This document shows, one piece after another, positions 41,663 through 51,697 of a stretch of DNA of 64,000 nt (position 1 is the first letter of the stretch; each line of letters opens with the position of its first letter). A program made the translations under genes and the position numbers. The notes beneath the pieces were generated by a model that was not told where the DNA came from, made no database searches, and saw nothing but the letters and a program-made list of their open reading frames with translations. The stretch is from contig CAWHHI010000008.1 of the NCBI GenBank assembly GCA_963829055.1, positions 352,001 to 416,000 on the forward strand, read 5' to 3'. Source of the stretch: an uncultured Gemmatimonadaceae bacterium (GTDB lineage Bacteria > Gemmatimonadota > Gemmatimonadetes > Gemmatimonadales > Gemmatimonadaceae).

Positions 41663-43300
41663 TCATCGCGTCGAGTCGGATCGCAAGCCCGAGAACTCGT
41701 ATGCCTCCAGCGCGTACCCCGCGGCACCAAACCTTCGGACACGACTCGTCGAGTATAGCTGATCGAGTTGAGCGCGGGCACGCCTGTCGTCACCGTTAGG
41801 CAGCGCGATGTATTGAACTACGTTAGGCGGTATCCGGTCCGTCAGCAGGTACCGCGGCTCCGTCACCTTCGGTGTGAACACTCCTCGGCGCGCCAGTGTG
41901 CGACGATGCGAGGTACTGTCCACCGGGCCGATGAGAATCCAGGCCATCGAGTCGGGGACAACGATGACGGTCGAATCTTCAGCCGAAACGCTGGCCAACA
42001 CCTCGTCGACAAGTGTGTGAAATGCCGTAAACTGCAGATTGTACACCAGCTGGTCCTGGCCAGTCCCACAGCACTCGCCAGTTACGCGAGTCATCCGCAA
42101 TAGGTCTCGGGTCCCGAAACGAAACGTGCCGTAGAGTCGGCGGGACACGGGATCGACCGTACGCGTCGTCGACACCATCAACAGCAGCGCATACAGACCG
42201 AGGAGAGCTCGGCGCGCCTGAAGACCAATCGTCAAACGCACGAGGGAGGCGTAGAACAGAACAAGCAGCAACGCAGTAACGGTAATGAAATAGCGCGTAT
42301 GTCCATACGTCGTGAATCGTGTCAGTGCATACCCAGTCGCGATCGCAAGCAGTACGAGGAAACCCAGGGCCCGCGGATCGGCTTCGGAAACCGCGCGTCG
42401 AGACTCGCGATGGGCTGCGCGCACGGTACCGATGAATGCGTCGGCGCCAACCACCGCGGTAATGATCCACGCGAAATTGAGCACGAGCAGAAGCACCGCG
42501 TAGTTGACTTGATACAGATCAAGTCGTGGGACTAGAAACTGCCTGACGAGAGAGTCATTCGTCGTACCTCCGTACCACATCACCGCCGTGTTCGGCAGTG
42601 TAGTGCGGTATAGCAGGTAGCCGAGATACACGATGCCGGGAATGGCAGCCGGTGCAAATCGGAGGACCCGACCAATTCGGTCACCAGCGGACCCCACGCG
42701 GCGGAACTCGTAGCAACAGACGTGACACACTAGAAGCACCGCGTAGAGCAGGACACCCGTTTCCTTCGTGAAGGCCAACGCAATACCAGCGAGAATCGCC
42801 GCTCCGAATCGCCGCTCGAGCATGAACACGATCGCCCACATAAATGCCGGAAGCAGTGGTAGATCGAGGCCAGGTTGAACGACAGAGGCAAGGAACGCTG
42901 GCTGCAGCGAAAAGACCGCTGTCAACAATGCGCGATCGACGCCTGCCGCCCGCGGGAACACCAGTCGGACGAGACGGTGAAAGCCAACAACGGCGATGAG
43001 GAAAAGCGCGGCGTTTGTGATCAACACCGGCACGGGGCTTGACTGAGCAAGCTTCTGCGCGAGCCCGGTGACAGCCATGTACGCCTGCGACGTATGCCCA
43101 CCGCACCGCAGACTGCCGAAACCCAAGTGATCAGCAACCGCGGTAATGCAGGCGGCGTATATGCGACCATCCCAGAGTGGCACGTAGGTCAGCCGCGTTG
43201 CGAGCAAGGCGCAGACAACCGCTCCAGCACCGATCAGAAGTGCAATGGAGATGCGTTCGTCCGCAATTCTCGACGGCGTTGCATCGCTCGGCGAAGTCAC
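41663..43300 (-). CDS. Multi-TM GT-C/ArnT-PMT-like membrane glycosyltransferase
   Basis: Long intact hydrophobic ORF, PLWDGRIY loop after first TM, FTKETGVL, TRYF, soluble C-terminal domain; GTG overlaps upstream stop. Confidence 0.6.
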   Translation of the reverse strand: MTSPSDATPSRIADERISIALLIGAGAVVCALLATRLTYVPLWDGRIYAACITAVADHLGFGSLRCGGHTSQAYMAVTGLAQKLAQSSPVPVLITNAALFLIAVVGFHRLVRLVFPRAAGVDRALLTAVFSLQPAFLASVVQPGLDLPLLPAFMWAIVFMLERRFGAAILAGIALAFTKETGVLLYAVLLVCHVCCYEFRRVGSAGDRIGRVLRFAPAAIPGIVYLGYLLYRTTLPNTAVMWYGGTTNDSLVRQFLVPRLDLYQVNYAVLLLVLNFAWIITAVVGADAFIGTVRAAHRESRRAVSEADPRALGFLVLLAIATGYALTRFTTYGHTRYFITVTALLLVLFYASLVRLTIGLQARRALLGLYALLLMVSTTRTVDPVSRRLYGTFRFGTRDLLRMTRVTGECCGTGQDQLVYNLQFTAFHTLVDEVLASVSAEDSTVIVVPDSMAWILIGPVDSTSHRRTLARRGVFTPKVTEPRYLLTDRIPPNVVQYIALPNGDDRRARAQLDQLYSTSRVRRFGAAGYALEAYEFSGLRSDSTR

Positions 43301-44292
43301 GCGGCGTTTCCGCGGAGCCACCTCGGTAGCCGAGCAGCGTATCGTTCGACCCGTTCGGGTAGGGCGCCCGTATTCGGCCGACGAAGAATCAGGATTGCCG
43401 CCGGCAGGTAGACCCCGAGGCCAAGCGACAGGTGAGCCGAGAACGGATCCCTCGTCAAATCGTGCGGTGCTGTCGCGAGAAACGCGACGAACCCCACCCA
43501 GCCACATGCGCTCAGAATCAGGGAATCCTTCCATTGCGGCGTCGCGAGCCAGACACCAAGGTGATCGTAGATTTGAGGGTTGAGAGGAACAAGCGTCATA
43601 GCCATGAGCGCACGACCCTCAGGACGCCGCCACCGAAACGCGCCGACAAGCCCGGCCGCCCCCAGCGGCCAGAGGAGAGGCGCAGTGTGCGGCGCTCGTT
43701 GTTGCGGAATGTCGGTGAGCCAATCGGTGAACCAAGTCGGAACAATGAAAAAAGAGATCACAAAGAGCGCGACGGACACCGTGACCGCCGACCACGCGGG
43801 GCGGTACGCAAAGGGTGCTATCCCGACATTCGGCTTCGCGATCGACAAACCGCCTAGCCACGGGAGGAACGCACCAGCGACGATCAGGGGAGACCACTGC
43901 AGGTAAAACCAACCCAGAAAGAACGCGGGGGATGCGAGCATCGCGAGCCCCTGCCATCCAAGCCTCGTAAGTAAGCCATAGGTGAGGGCGGCGACGCCGA
44001 TGCCCGTGAACACGCCGGCTCCCACAACGGGAGGAAGCGGCGTGAGAGGCGCCACGAGCAGGAGCGTCGGCAACGGGTATGGGATCACCCCAGCGTCGTA
44101 CGGGTTCTTCCCCGCGAGAACGTCAAGGGCCGCGTTGCGGAAGTGGCCGAAGTCGCCGCCGGTCATCCCGGCAGCGACCTCGTGGACGTACGTTCGCCAA
44201 CCGAGGAACGTCGCCAAGGCGATCAATGTCATCGCGGCAAATGAACGCCGAACACCGGGGGGAGCAGATCGCGTTGCCCACGGCGTTCGCAT
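43297..44292 (-). CDS. GT87-like membrane glycosyltransferase, copy 4
   Basis: GDFGHFRNAALDVLAGKNPY, YPLP, LQWSPL, KPNVG, RWRRPEGRAL, YDHL. Confidence 0.75.
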   Translation of the reverse strand: MRTPWATRSAPPGVRRSFAAMTLIALATFLGWRTYVHEVAAGMTGGDFGHFRNAALDVLAGKNPYDAGVIPYPLPTLLLVAPLTPLPPVVGAGVFTGIGVAALTYGLLTRLGWQGLAMLASPAFFLGWFYLQWSPLIVAGAFLPWLGGLSIAKPNVGIAPFAYRPAWSAVTVSVALFVISFFIVPTWFTDWLTDIPQQRAPHTAPLLWPLGAAGLVGAFRWRRPEGRALMAMTLVPLNPQIYDHLGVWLATPQWKDSLILSACGWVGFVAFLATAPHDLTRDPFSAHLSLGLGVYLPAAILILRRPNTGALPERVERYAARLPRWLRGNAA

Positions 44293-44479
44293 CAGCAGTA
44301 GTCGGCTACCAGGTGCGTTGCAACGCGAGAGATCCGCCCGACTCCGGGAGAGTAACTCTCGCGATCGGTCAACCGGGCGTCCGAGCTTGAATCCCCCACG
44401 TTCGAGAGAGCAGTCGCTGAACCCGAAAACACATCGACAGCCTTGAACACGACGTCGTCGATTGCGAAGGCTCGGCCAA

Positions 44480-44938
44480 TCATCGGGCGGGAGAGAAAAC
44501 CCAGCGAATGCCTCCAACAGGACCGTCAATAGTTGGAGGCCCAAACATCATGACCAAGGAATCTGCCGCCGGTTGCAATACGCGACAGTCAGCGCCACCG
44601 GGACTTCTTCCAATGCAGAACCGGGTCGCTAGAGCGCCCTCGAGCACGAATGGCAAGGAGTCCGACATGCGCATCGCCCCGCGGTAGGTACTGGACATCG
44701 TCCAAGTACCTCGGCGCGGGCCAGTGAAAGCAATTGTGCGGGTCACCTGGACGCCCGTGGGCTCAACGTCGCGCGACACCCAAACACCTCTGAGAGGCGA
44801 TACCCCACCGATTGGTCGTGTCCCGAGCGAAATGCCGAGCCCGATCGATACGAACAGTCCGAGACTGATACTGGCGACGGTCAACGGCCAACCGAACGCG
44901 CACTCATCGTTCGGTACCTCGTCCTCAGGCGGGCGCAT
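44480..44938 (-). CDS. Hypothetical membrane-anchored protein
   Basis: 152-aa ORF with one N-terminal hydrophobic helix; no recognised motif. Confidence 0.4.
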   Translation of the reverse strand: MRPPEDEVPNDECAFGWPLTVASISLGLFVSIGLGISLGTRPIGGVSPLRGVWVSRDVEPTGVQVTRTIAFTGPRRGTWTMSSTYRGAMRMSDSLPFVLEGALATRFCIGRSPGGADCRVLQPAADSLVMMFGPPTIDGPVGGIRWVFSPAR

Positions 44939-45015
44939 TCTCTATTGGCTGAGCAATTACGAGCGTGTGAACGTTCGGCCGGGCATGTTCCGCATGGCGA
45001 AATGTACTCCGTCAG

Positions 45016-45393
45016 CTAAGCAGTTGAGGTGCCGCCGGTTGCCTTCTGGGGTGTGTCCGAAGTGTGTCCCGGCACCTTCGATTCCGGCTCGTTTTCGATT
45101 ACACGCAGCGTCGTGGCCGGATCCGCCTGCTGATAGGACCGCTTCATCGTCGCCAGATCGCGCCATCCGCCGGCGCGCATCAGATCGACGTCGGGCAGGT
45201 GCTTTCGCTCGCTGGCAAACAGCCGGCGGTATGCGTGGAACCCGCCGCGCTCCACGTGTGGCAGCTCCGCCCGCTCCTCAGCTCGGACCAACATGCCGCG
45301 GGCGAGCATGGTGTGCGTCGCGCGGCCCGGATGGTTCGGCTGCGGGAACATCCATACGTCACCAGCGCGCGGATGGGTGCGCAGGTACCGCTC
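45016..45393 (-). pseudogene. C-terminal remnant of a tyrosine recombinase/integrase
   Basis: ERYLRTHPRAGDVWMFP..GFHAYRR (HxxR)..AGGW..RSY; in-frame stop upstream at 45412-45414; N-terminal domains absent. Confidence 0.75.
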
Positions 45394-45658
45394 AAATCGA
45401 CAGGCCGCTCCCTAACGCTGCGTACTCGGGCGACGTGCATGATCGCCCGGCGATCGGCGAGCCAAGTGTCGAGGTGCCAATCGAGGACGTCGTCACGTTC
45501 GTTGCGACTGAAGTCCGCGTTAGGCCGTGCAAGGCCTTGAAGTGCGAGGTTGGGCGACCTCCTCACGCGGAAACCGCTGAGGCGCCGCAGCAACTAGCGA
45601 GGCGTCCCAGCTCGCGGTAGGTTCGCGAATGCCGCCCTATCGCGACTTTGCCGAACCC

Positions 45659-45805
45659 ATGTCCGTCGTCCTCCGCTTCCTCCGCGCCACCGACGATGGG
45701 GTCGTTGTCGCGGTCGTCGTCTTGGTGATCGCGGCGGTTATGTTCTGCGGCTCGTCGATCAGGTCATGGTTCGCCGACCGTACCACCACGATCACCACCG
45801 TCTGA
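45659..45805 (+). CDS. Divergent Flp-pilin-like small ORF (third copy; lacks EY motif)
   Basis: MSVVLRFLRATDDGVVVAVVVLVIAAVMFCGSSIRSWFADRTTTITTV; tail matches Flp GSSIKSWFAARTSQITTV. Confidence 0.7.
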   Translation: MSVVLRFLRATDDGVVVAVVVLVIAAVMFCGSSIRSWFADRTTTITTV

Positions 45806-45897
45806 CGCCGCACGATGCGTAACGACCAGCAGAACACGGGCCGACGCACCAACTACGCGCTCATCGCCTTACTGACTTTCCTGTTCATCTACGCTGC

Positions 45898-46827
45898 GTG
45901 GATCCTGTACCGCTACGGACTCCCGTAAGGCAGAGACTGGCGGTCGCGGTCCTGTGTGGGATATGGGGCGGTGCACTGGCATACGCGTTCTTGGCGCGCC
46001 CGGGGTTCTACGGCGACTTCCTCGCGTTTTGGTACGCGGCGCGCGCTTGGCTGGGTGGGCTCGACCCCTACCTCGTCACGCCGAGCGCGCCCCCGTACAA
46101 CGTCGACGACCGGTTCTTCTACCCCTTCCCGGCGCTGCTCGTCGTCGCACCGTTCGCCCGACTACCGCTCGCCGCCGCTGGTGCGGCGTTCTTCGGCTGC
46201 TCATCAGGCCTACTGGGGTTCGCGCTGACGCGCGACGGCTACCACCGCCTTCCCTTGTTCGCGAGCTTCCCGTTCGTCATGGCTGCGTCGCTGGGGCAGT
46301 GGGCTCCGCTCGTGGTCGCGGCCGCACTGCTCCCGGGCATGGGGTTCGTGGCGGTATGCAAACCCAACCTCGCTCTCGCCTTCGCGCTCGCGCGCCCCAC
46401 GCGGTCGCTCGTGTTCGGTGGCGGGGCATTTCTGCTCGCGACGCTGCTCTTCGACTCGCACTGGCCGCTCAAGTGGCTTGCGAACCTGCGCACGATGGAG
46501 GGGCACCCGCCGCCCATCCTAACGCTCTGGGGCGTCTGGCTCCTCGCCGCGGCGTTCCGCTGGCGCACGTTCGAGGGGCGCCTCGTGGTCAGCATGGCAT
46601 GTATCCCCCAGATGCAGATGTTCGCCGACCAGCTCCCGCTGCTCCTTGTGCCGCGGTCGCGGCGGGAATCCATGGTCGCGGCGATCGCGAGCCACGTTGC
46701 CGGGTTCGCCTGGATCGCCAGCATCCGGCCTAACGAGCATCCGAGCGCCCGCGCGCTGCCATTCGTGCTCGCCGGCACGTTCCTCCCGGCGGCGGTGATG
46801 GCGCTTCGACGACGACGCGACTCGTGA
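45898..46827 (+). CDS. GT87-like membrane glycosyltransferase, copy 5
   Basis: GDFLAFWYAARAWLGGLDPY, YPFP, GQWAPL, KPNLA, RWRTFEGRL, ADQLPL. Confidence 0.78.
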   Translation: MDPVPLRTPVRQRLAVAVLCGIWGGALAYAFLARPGFYGDFLAFWYAARAWLGGLDPYLVTPSAPPYNVDDRFFYPFPALLVVAPFARLPLAAAGAAFFGCSSGLLGFALTRDGYHRLPLFASFPFVMAASLGQWAPLVVAAALLPGMGFVAVCKPNLALAFALARPTRSLVFGGGAFLLATLLFDSHWPLKWLANLRTMEGHPPPILTLWGVWLLAAAFRWRTFEGRLVVSMACIPQMQMFADQLPLLLVPRSRRESMVAAIASHVAGFAWIASIRPNEHPSARALPFVLAGTFLPAAVMALRRRRDS

Positions 46828-47804
46828 CCGCCCATGCCCACCCAGCCGGCCCGGGAAGCCGGCAGCGCCTCCGCGCAGGCGTGGCGGCGCTCGGCGTCGG
46901 CGCACTGGCCGCCGTGTTACACTGGGTCGGCCGGAAGATCGCGCCGACCGGCGTCGCTGACTTCGACCAGTTGTGGTTCGCGGCGCGCGCGCTCGTGGGC
47001 GGAGACAATCCCTACAACCTCGTCGGGCCCGGCCGGTCGTTCGACTGGCCATGGCCGTTGCTGTACCCGCTCCCCGCTGCCCTCTTGGTGGCCCCGCTGG
47101 CGTGGATGCCCGTGGCTGTTGCGGGCGCGGCGTTCGCCTTCGTCTGCGGGGCCACGTTCGGGTACGCGGTCGCCCGGTCTCGGAGCGCGCCGTTTCTGGT
47201 GTTGAGCGCGCCGTTCGCCATCGGCGTCATGCAGGGGCAGTCGGCCCCGATCCTCGCGGCGATCACGCTATCCCCGTGGGCGGCGATCGCGGTGGCGGCG
47301 AAGCCGAACATCGGTTTCGCGGTGCTCGCCGGTGCCGGCCGGCGATCCTGGATCGTGGCCATCGTTGCGGGGGCGCTGCTGGCCGGCCTGTCGTTCTTGG
47401 TTTCGCCGACGTGGGTTGCTGACTGGCGCGCGGCCGTCGAGACTGTCCCGCACGCCCGCCCGTATGTCCTGCGGCCGTGGGGCGTGCTGCTCCTAGCGGC
47501 GCTGACCCGGTGGCGCAGACCGGAGGCCAGGGTGCTCGCGGCGTTTGCCGTCGTTCCAGGGACGCCTTCCACGTATGACCTTCTCGTACCGCTCACGGCG
47601 GTGCTCGTCGACGCGACCCCGCGCGTTGCGGCACTGATCGCAGCCTCATCGTTGCTCGCAGTCGCTTCAGCGTACGGGACGCCGGCCGGCGACTTTGTCC
47701 GGTTTGCCGACCGCGCAGCGGTCGCCCACTTGGCGTTCGTCTTGCTCCCGTGCCTCGTTGCGGTGCTAGCTCGGCCGAACGAACGAGAGAATGGATCGCG
47801 TTAG
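46824..47804 (+). CDS. GT87-like membrane glycosyltransferase, copy 6
   Basis: ADFDQLWFAARALVGGDNPY, YPLP, GQSAPI, KPNIG, RWRRPEARVL, YDLL. Confidence 0.78.
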   Translation: MTAHAHPAGPGSRQRLRAGVAALGVGALAAVLHWVGRKIAPTGVADFDQLWFAARALVGGDNPYNLVGPGRSFDWPWPLLYPLPAALLVAPLAWMPVAVAGAAFAFVCGATFGYAVARSRSAPFLVLSAPFAIGVMQGQSAPILAAITLSPWAAIAVAAKPNIGFAVLAGAGRRSWIVAIVAGALLAGLSFLVSPTWVADWRAAVETVPHARPYVLRPWGVLLLAALTRWRRPEARVLAAFAVVPGTPSTYDLLVPLTAVLVDATPRVAALIAASSLLAVASAYGTPAGDFVRFADRAAVAHLAFVLLPCLVAVLARPNERENGSR

Positions 47805-47947
47805 GCGAAGGACAGCAGCCGACGGGGGCGCATCAATGCGCTGAACTGGAGGCGCTCCGTGGCGGCGAACTAGGAGCATCTGCTGGACCGCCGGTAACCC
47901 GTTGGCCGCTGACGAGCGGCGCGGCCGTTGCATCGTTTCGCCCCGTT

Positions 47948-48583
47948 ATGTCCAAGCGCACGCTCTCACCCCGCACGTACGACGTGCTGCAGCGGCTCGT
48001 CCACGGGCGGCACGACCCGCTCAAGCACGCGATCCTTGCGGCGTACGCCCCATTCACCGGTTCGCCAGTACTGGAACTCGGGTGCGGCACGGGGGTGCTC
48101 TCCGCAGCCTTCGCACCCGGGCTGTACACCGGTGTCGACCTCGACGGCGCCCGCATCGCGTCGGCGCGGGCAGAGCACCCGGGCGCCGCGTTCGTGCACG
48201 CGGACGTCCGCTCGCTCGAGCCCGCGTTCTTCGCGCCGTTCCGCTTCCTCTTCTGCCACGCCTGGCTGCACCACATCGACGAGGCGACGTGCCAGGACAT
48301 CTTCTCCGCGATCGCCGGCGCGTCGACCACCACGCCGCGGGTGCTGATGGTCTACGAGCCGGTCCTCGCACCCCCGCTTCGCAACCCCGTGGGCTGGGCG
48401 CTCGGGAAACTGGACCGGGGCGACTTTGTCCGGCCGGCCGCTGCCCTGCGGGCGCTGTGCGAGCCGTTCGTCGAGCACATGGTGGTCTTTCCCGGCCCCA
48501 AGCGGTGGCCTGTGCCGGGCGCCACGCTGCGCCTGGTATTCGACGCCGATCGGGCCACACGGTTCCGGGCTACGCACACCTAA
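47948..48583 (+). CDS. Class I SAM methyltransferase
   Basis: VLELGCGTG, GVDLD, WLHHI. Confidence 0.82.
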   Translation: MSKRTLSPRTYDVLQRLVHGRHDPLKHAILAAYAPFTGSPVLELGCGTGVLSAAFAPGLYTGVDLDGARIASARAEHPGAAFVHADVRSLEPAFFAPFRFLFCHAWLHHIDEATCQDIFSAIAGASTTTPRVLMVYEPVLAPPLRNPVGWALGKLDRGDFVRPAAALRALCEPFVEHMVVFPGPKRWPVPGATLRLVFDADRATRFRATHT

Positions 48584-48924
48584 CGACGCTCCGCGGCACG
48601 CGCTAGGCGGATCTCGAGGCATGCGTGCGGCGCACATGGCGCATGTCAGTATCGCCGCAGTTTCTCGGGCACGAGCGGACATGGCGACGACGGCAATTGA
48701 TGGGCCCGGCAGCTGGGGTCGCCACAAGAGACGGCGGTCAGCTGGTCGGAAGCACATCAACGTACACAATCACGATGGGTGAGCTCGTAACCTAGAGAAG
48801 GCAGCGCCGTTGGATTTCTCCACGCCGCTCGCAATTTTAAACTTGGGCGTGGTTTCTGCGACAGCAGAGTCGACCGGGTGGGAGGAAGGCCACTGGCCAG
48901 TTCGTTTCGCACACTACCTGTCGA

Positions 48925-49959
48925 ATGAAACTCATCAGCGTCATAAGTCCGTGCTACAACGAGCAGGACAACGTTGAACCATTGTATGAAGCCGTCCGGG
49001 CCCTGTTTGCTGGACTGCCTCAGTACCGGTACGAGCACATATTCATCGACAACGCCTCGAAGGACCGGACCGCTGATATCCTACGCGTTCTCGCGATGCG
49101 TGATGAGAACGTCAAGGTCATTCTGAACACGCGCAACTTCGGGCACATCCGGTCTCCGGTTCATGCGATCATGCAGGCGCGAGGGGATGCCGTCATTGGT
49201 ATGGCCTCGGATTTTCAAGATCCCCCGGAGCTGATCCCAACGTTCCTCGCCAAGTGGGAAGAAGGATACAAGATCGTTCTTGGCGTCAAGGAGCAGGCGG
49301 AGGAATCGGGCGTGTTCTACGCGTTGCGCGACCGATACTATCGGACGCTGAATCGCATTGCCGACATCGACATCGTGCAGGAAGCGACCGGCTTTGGTCT
49401 CTACGATCGCATGGTCGTCGAGTCGATCCGGCGACTCAAGGATCCGTATCCGTTCTTTCGCGGTTTGCTGGCCGAGGTCGGCTACGAGGTCGCGCGGATT
49501 CCCTTCCGTCAGCCGCCGCGGCGGCGTGGGGTGACGTCGCAGAACTTCTATACGCTCTTCGACATTGCGTTTCTCGGGATCGTCAACCACTCGAAAGTGC
49601 CGTTGCGACTGGCGACAATGATCGGCTTCGCCACGGGTGCAATGAGTCTCGTTGCGGCGTTAGGCTATCTGGTCTACAAGCTGATTTACTGGCAACAGTT
49701 CACCGTCGGCATCGCGCCGCTCGTCATCGGACTGTTCTTGCTCTCGTCAGTGCAGTTGTTCTTCGTTGGAATTGTCGGTGAATATATCGGGTCGATCTAC
49801 ACACAGGTTCGAAACCATCCGCACGTGTTCGAGAAGGAACGCATCAACTTCGACAAGGGCGATGCGACGCCGCGCGGCCTCGTAGCGGACGGGCGGCGGC
49901 CGTATCGGGTGCGGGCCGCGCACCGGAACCACGTCAAGCGACGCGCCTCACCCGGATAG
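48925..49959 (+). CDS. GtrB/ArnC-like GT2 polyprenol-phosphate glycosyltransferase
   Basis: ISPCYNEQDNV, IDNASKD, RNFG, SDFQDPP, two C-terminal TMs, GIVGEYIG. Confidence 0.9.
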   Translation: MKLISVISPCYNEQDNVEPLYEAVRALFAGLPQYRYEHIFIDNASKDRTADILRVLAMRDENVKVILNTRNFGHIRSPVHAIMQARGDAVIGMASDFQDPPELIPTFLAKWEEGYKIVLGVKEQAEESGVFYALRDRYYRTLNRIADIDIVQEATGFGLYDRMVVESIRRLKDPYPFFRGLLAEVGYEVARIPFRQPPRRRGVTSQNFYTLFDIAFLGIVNHSKVPLRLATMIGFATGAMSLVAALGYLVYKLIYWQQFTVGIAPLVIGLFLLSSVQLFFVGIVGEYIGSIYTQVRNHPHVFEKERINFDKGDATPRGLVADGRRPYRVRAAHRNHVKRRASPG

Positions 49960-49979
49960 AGGGTCGGCCGGCTTCACCG

Positions 49980-50072
49980 GCCATTCTCAGCCTGTTCCTT
50001 GCGTTAGGCTACCTGATCTACAAACTGGTCTTCTGGCAGGAGTTCACGCTCGGCCTCGCGCCTCTGGTTATT
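49980..50072 (+). pseudogene. Fragment of another GtrB-like GT2 gene (TM region)
   Basis: Translates AILSLFLALGYLIYKLVFWQEFTLGLAPLVI versus GAMSLVAALGYLVYKLIYWQQFTVGIAPLVI in the upstream gene. Confidence 0.7.
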
Positions 50073-50354
50073 TGGTCGGGTCACCGCGAAGCGCGCCATG
50101 AGATGGGTCTGGCCTGCGGCTCTGCAGCTTCCCTTCGCGAGCGCTTGTGTGCAACCTCCAGCCCGCCCATTCTCCCTCTCCTTACAAATCACGAGTCCGG
50201 TTCCACACGGTGTACCTCCTACGCGACTACCGCCGGCGGATGCGAGATTCGTGGCGCCGTGTACGACCTGGAGCGCTGCTCGGGGCTCGGGTCGCCCACC
50301 GCGCAGCGTGGGTCACCCACGTCGCCGAGACGACGTTTCACTCACTCCGCTCGC

Positions 50355-51697
50355 GTGACCCGATCGACCCTCGCTGACCGTCTCGAAGCTGCACGCGACC
50401 GCCTGCGGCTCCCCTCGCTGCCGCGCCATATCGTCCACAACGCCGGCTGGCTGCTCGTCGATCGCGTGCTTCGGCTGGCGCTGGGCGTCGTCGTCGGGAT
50501 CTGGATCGCGCGCTACCTCGGTCCGGCCCGTTTCGGCCTACTGAACTACGCCGTCGCATTTGCCGGCGCCTTTGGGGCGTTGGCGACATTAGGGCTCGAT
50601 GCCGTCGTCGTCCGGGCTTCCTGGTGCAACATCCGGAGAACCGCGACACACTGCTCGGGACCGCCTTCGCGATGAAGTTCGCAGGGGCCATGCTCGTCGT
50701 GGCCTTGTCAGTCGTGGGTGCGATGCTAGTGCGACCTGGGCGTCCGGCCGAGGCGCTTCTCGTTGGCATCGTGGCAGGCGCCAGCGTCTTCCAGGCCAGC
50801 CGACGTGGTCGACTTCTGGTTCCAGTCGCGCGTCCTCGCCAAGTACACGACCGCGGCGCGCGCCGGGGCGTTCGGCGTGGTCGCCATTGTGCGCCTTGCC
50901 CTCGTCGCCAGTGCGGCGCCGCTCGTGGCGTTCGCCTGGGCGGTCTTGCTCGAGACGGCGCTCGCTGGCGTCCTGCTCCTGCTGCTCTACCTCAAGCAGG
51001 AGGGCTGGCCTCTGCACTGGCGCGTCGACCCCGTAACCGCCCGCGCTCTCCTCCGGGTGTCGTGGCCACTCGCGCTCTCCTCTGTCGCGGTCTGGCTCTA
51101 CATGCGCGTCGACCAGCTCATGATCGGCTGGATGCTGGACGAGGCAAGCGTCGGTGTGTACTCGGTCGCCGTGCGGCTGGCGGAGGTGTGGTACTTCGTT
51201 CCGAGCGTGGTCGTAAGCTCGGTGTTCGCCGCCCTGCTGCGCGCACGAGAGAGCGATCCGGTGCGCTACCGGGCACGCGTTCAAGCGCTCTTCACCGGGC
51301 TCGTCCTGCTCGGCTACGTGACTGCGATGGCTACTTCGCTCGTGGCACGGCCCGTCGTGCTGTACTGTACGGCGAGGCCTACGAGGCGGCGTGGCCAAGC
51401 CTCGCCGTGCTCGCGTGGGCGGGCGTGTTCGTCGCGCTCGGCGTTGCGCGCGAGGCATGGCTCGTGGCGGAGGGCCTAACGAGGTTCTCGTTTGCGACGA
51501 CAGTCTGCGGCGCCGTCACGAACATCTTGCTGAATGCTGCGCTGATCCCCCGCCTCGGCGTCGTCGGTGCCGCCATCGCGACCGTGGTTTCCCAAATGGT
51601 GGCGGTCATGCTCTCTACCGCGGTGTACCCGCGCACGCGTGTGATCTTCGGCATGCAGTTTCGAGCACTCACGCTGCGGGGAATGAGGATCTCATGA
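50355..51697 (+). CDS. wzx: Wzx flippase (frameshifted)
   Basis: NAGWLLVDRVLRL..ARYLGPARFG..LGLD; YMRVDQLMIG..VGVYSVAVRL; LIPRLGVVGAAIATVVSQ. Confidence 0.88.

Noticed and set aside
45410..45525. Integron attC site (CCTAAC...GTTAGGC, 116 bp apart) and reading the dispersed motif as attC cores
   Set aside because: GTTAGGC fits GTTRRRY, but complementarity here stops after about 8 bp with no L boxes; most copies are inside genes, there is no cassette array, and the integrase stump shows no IntI features
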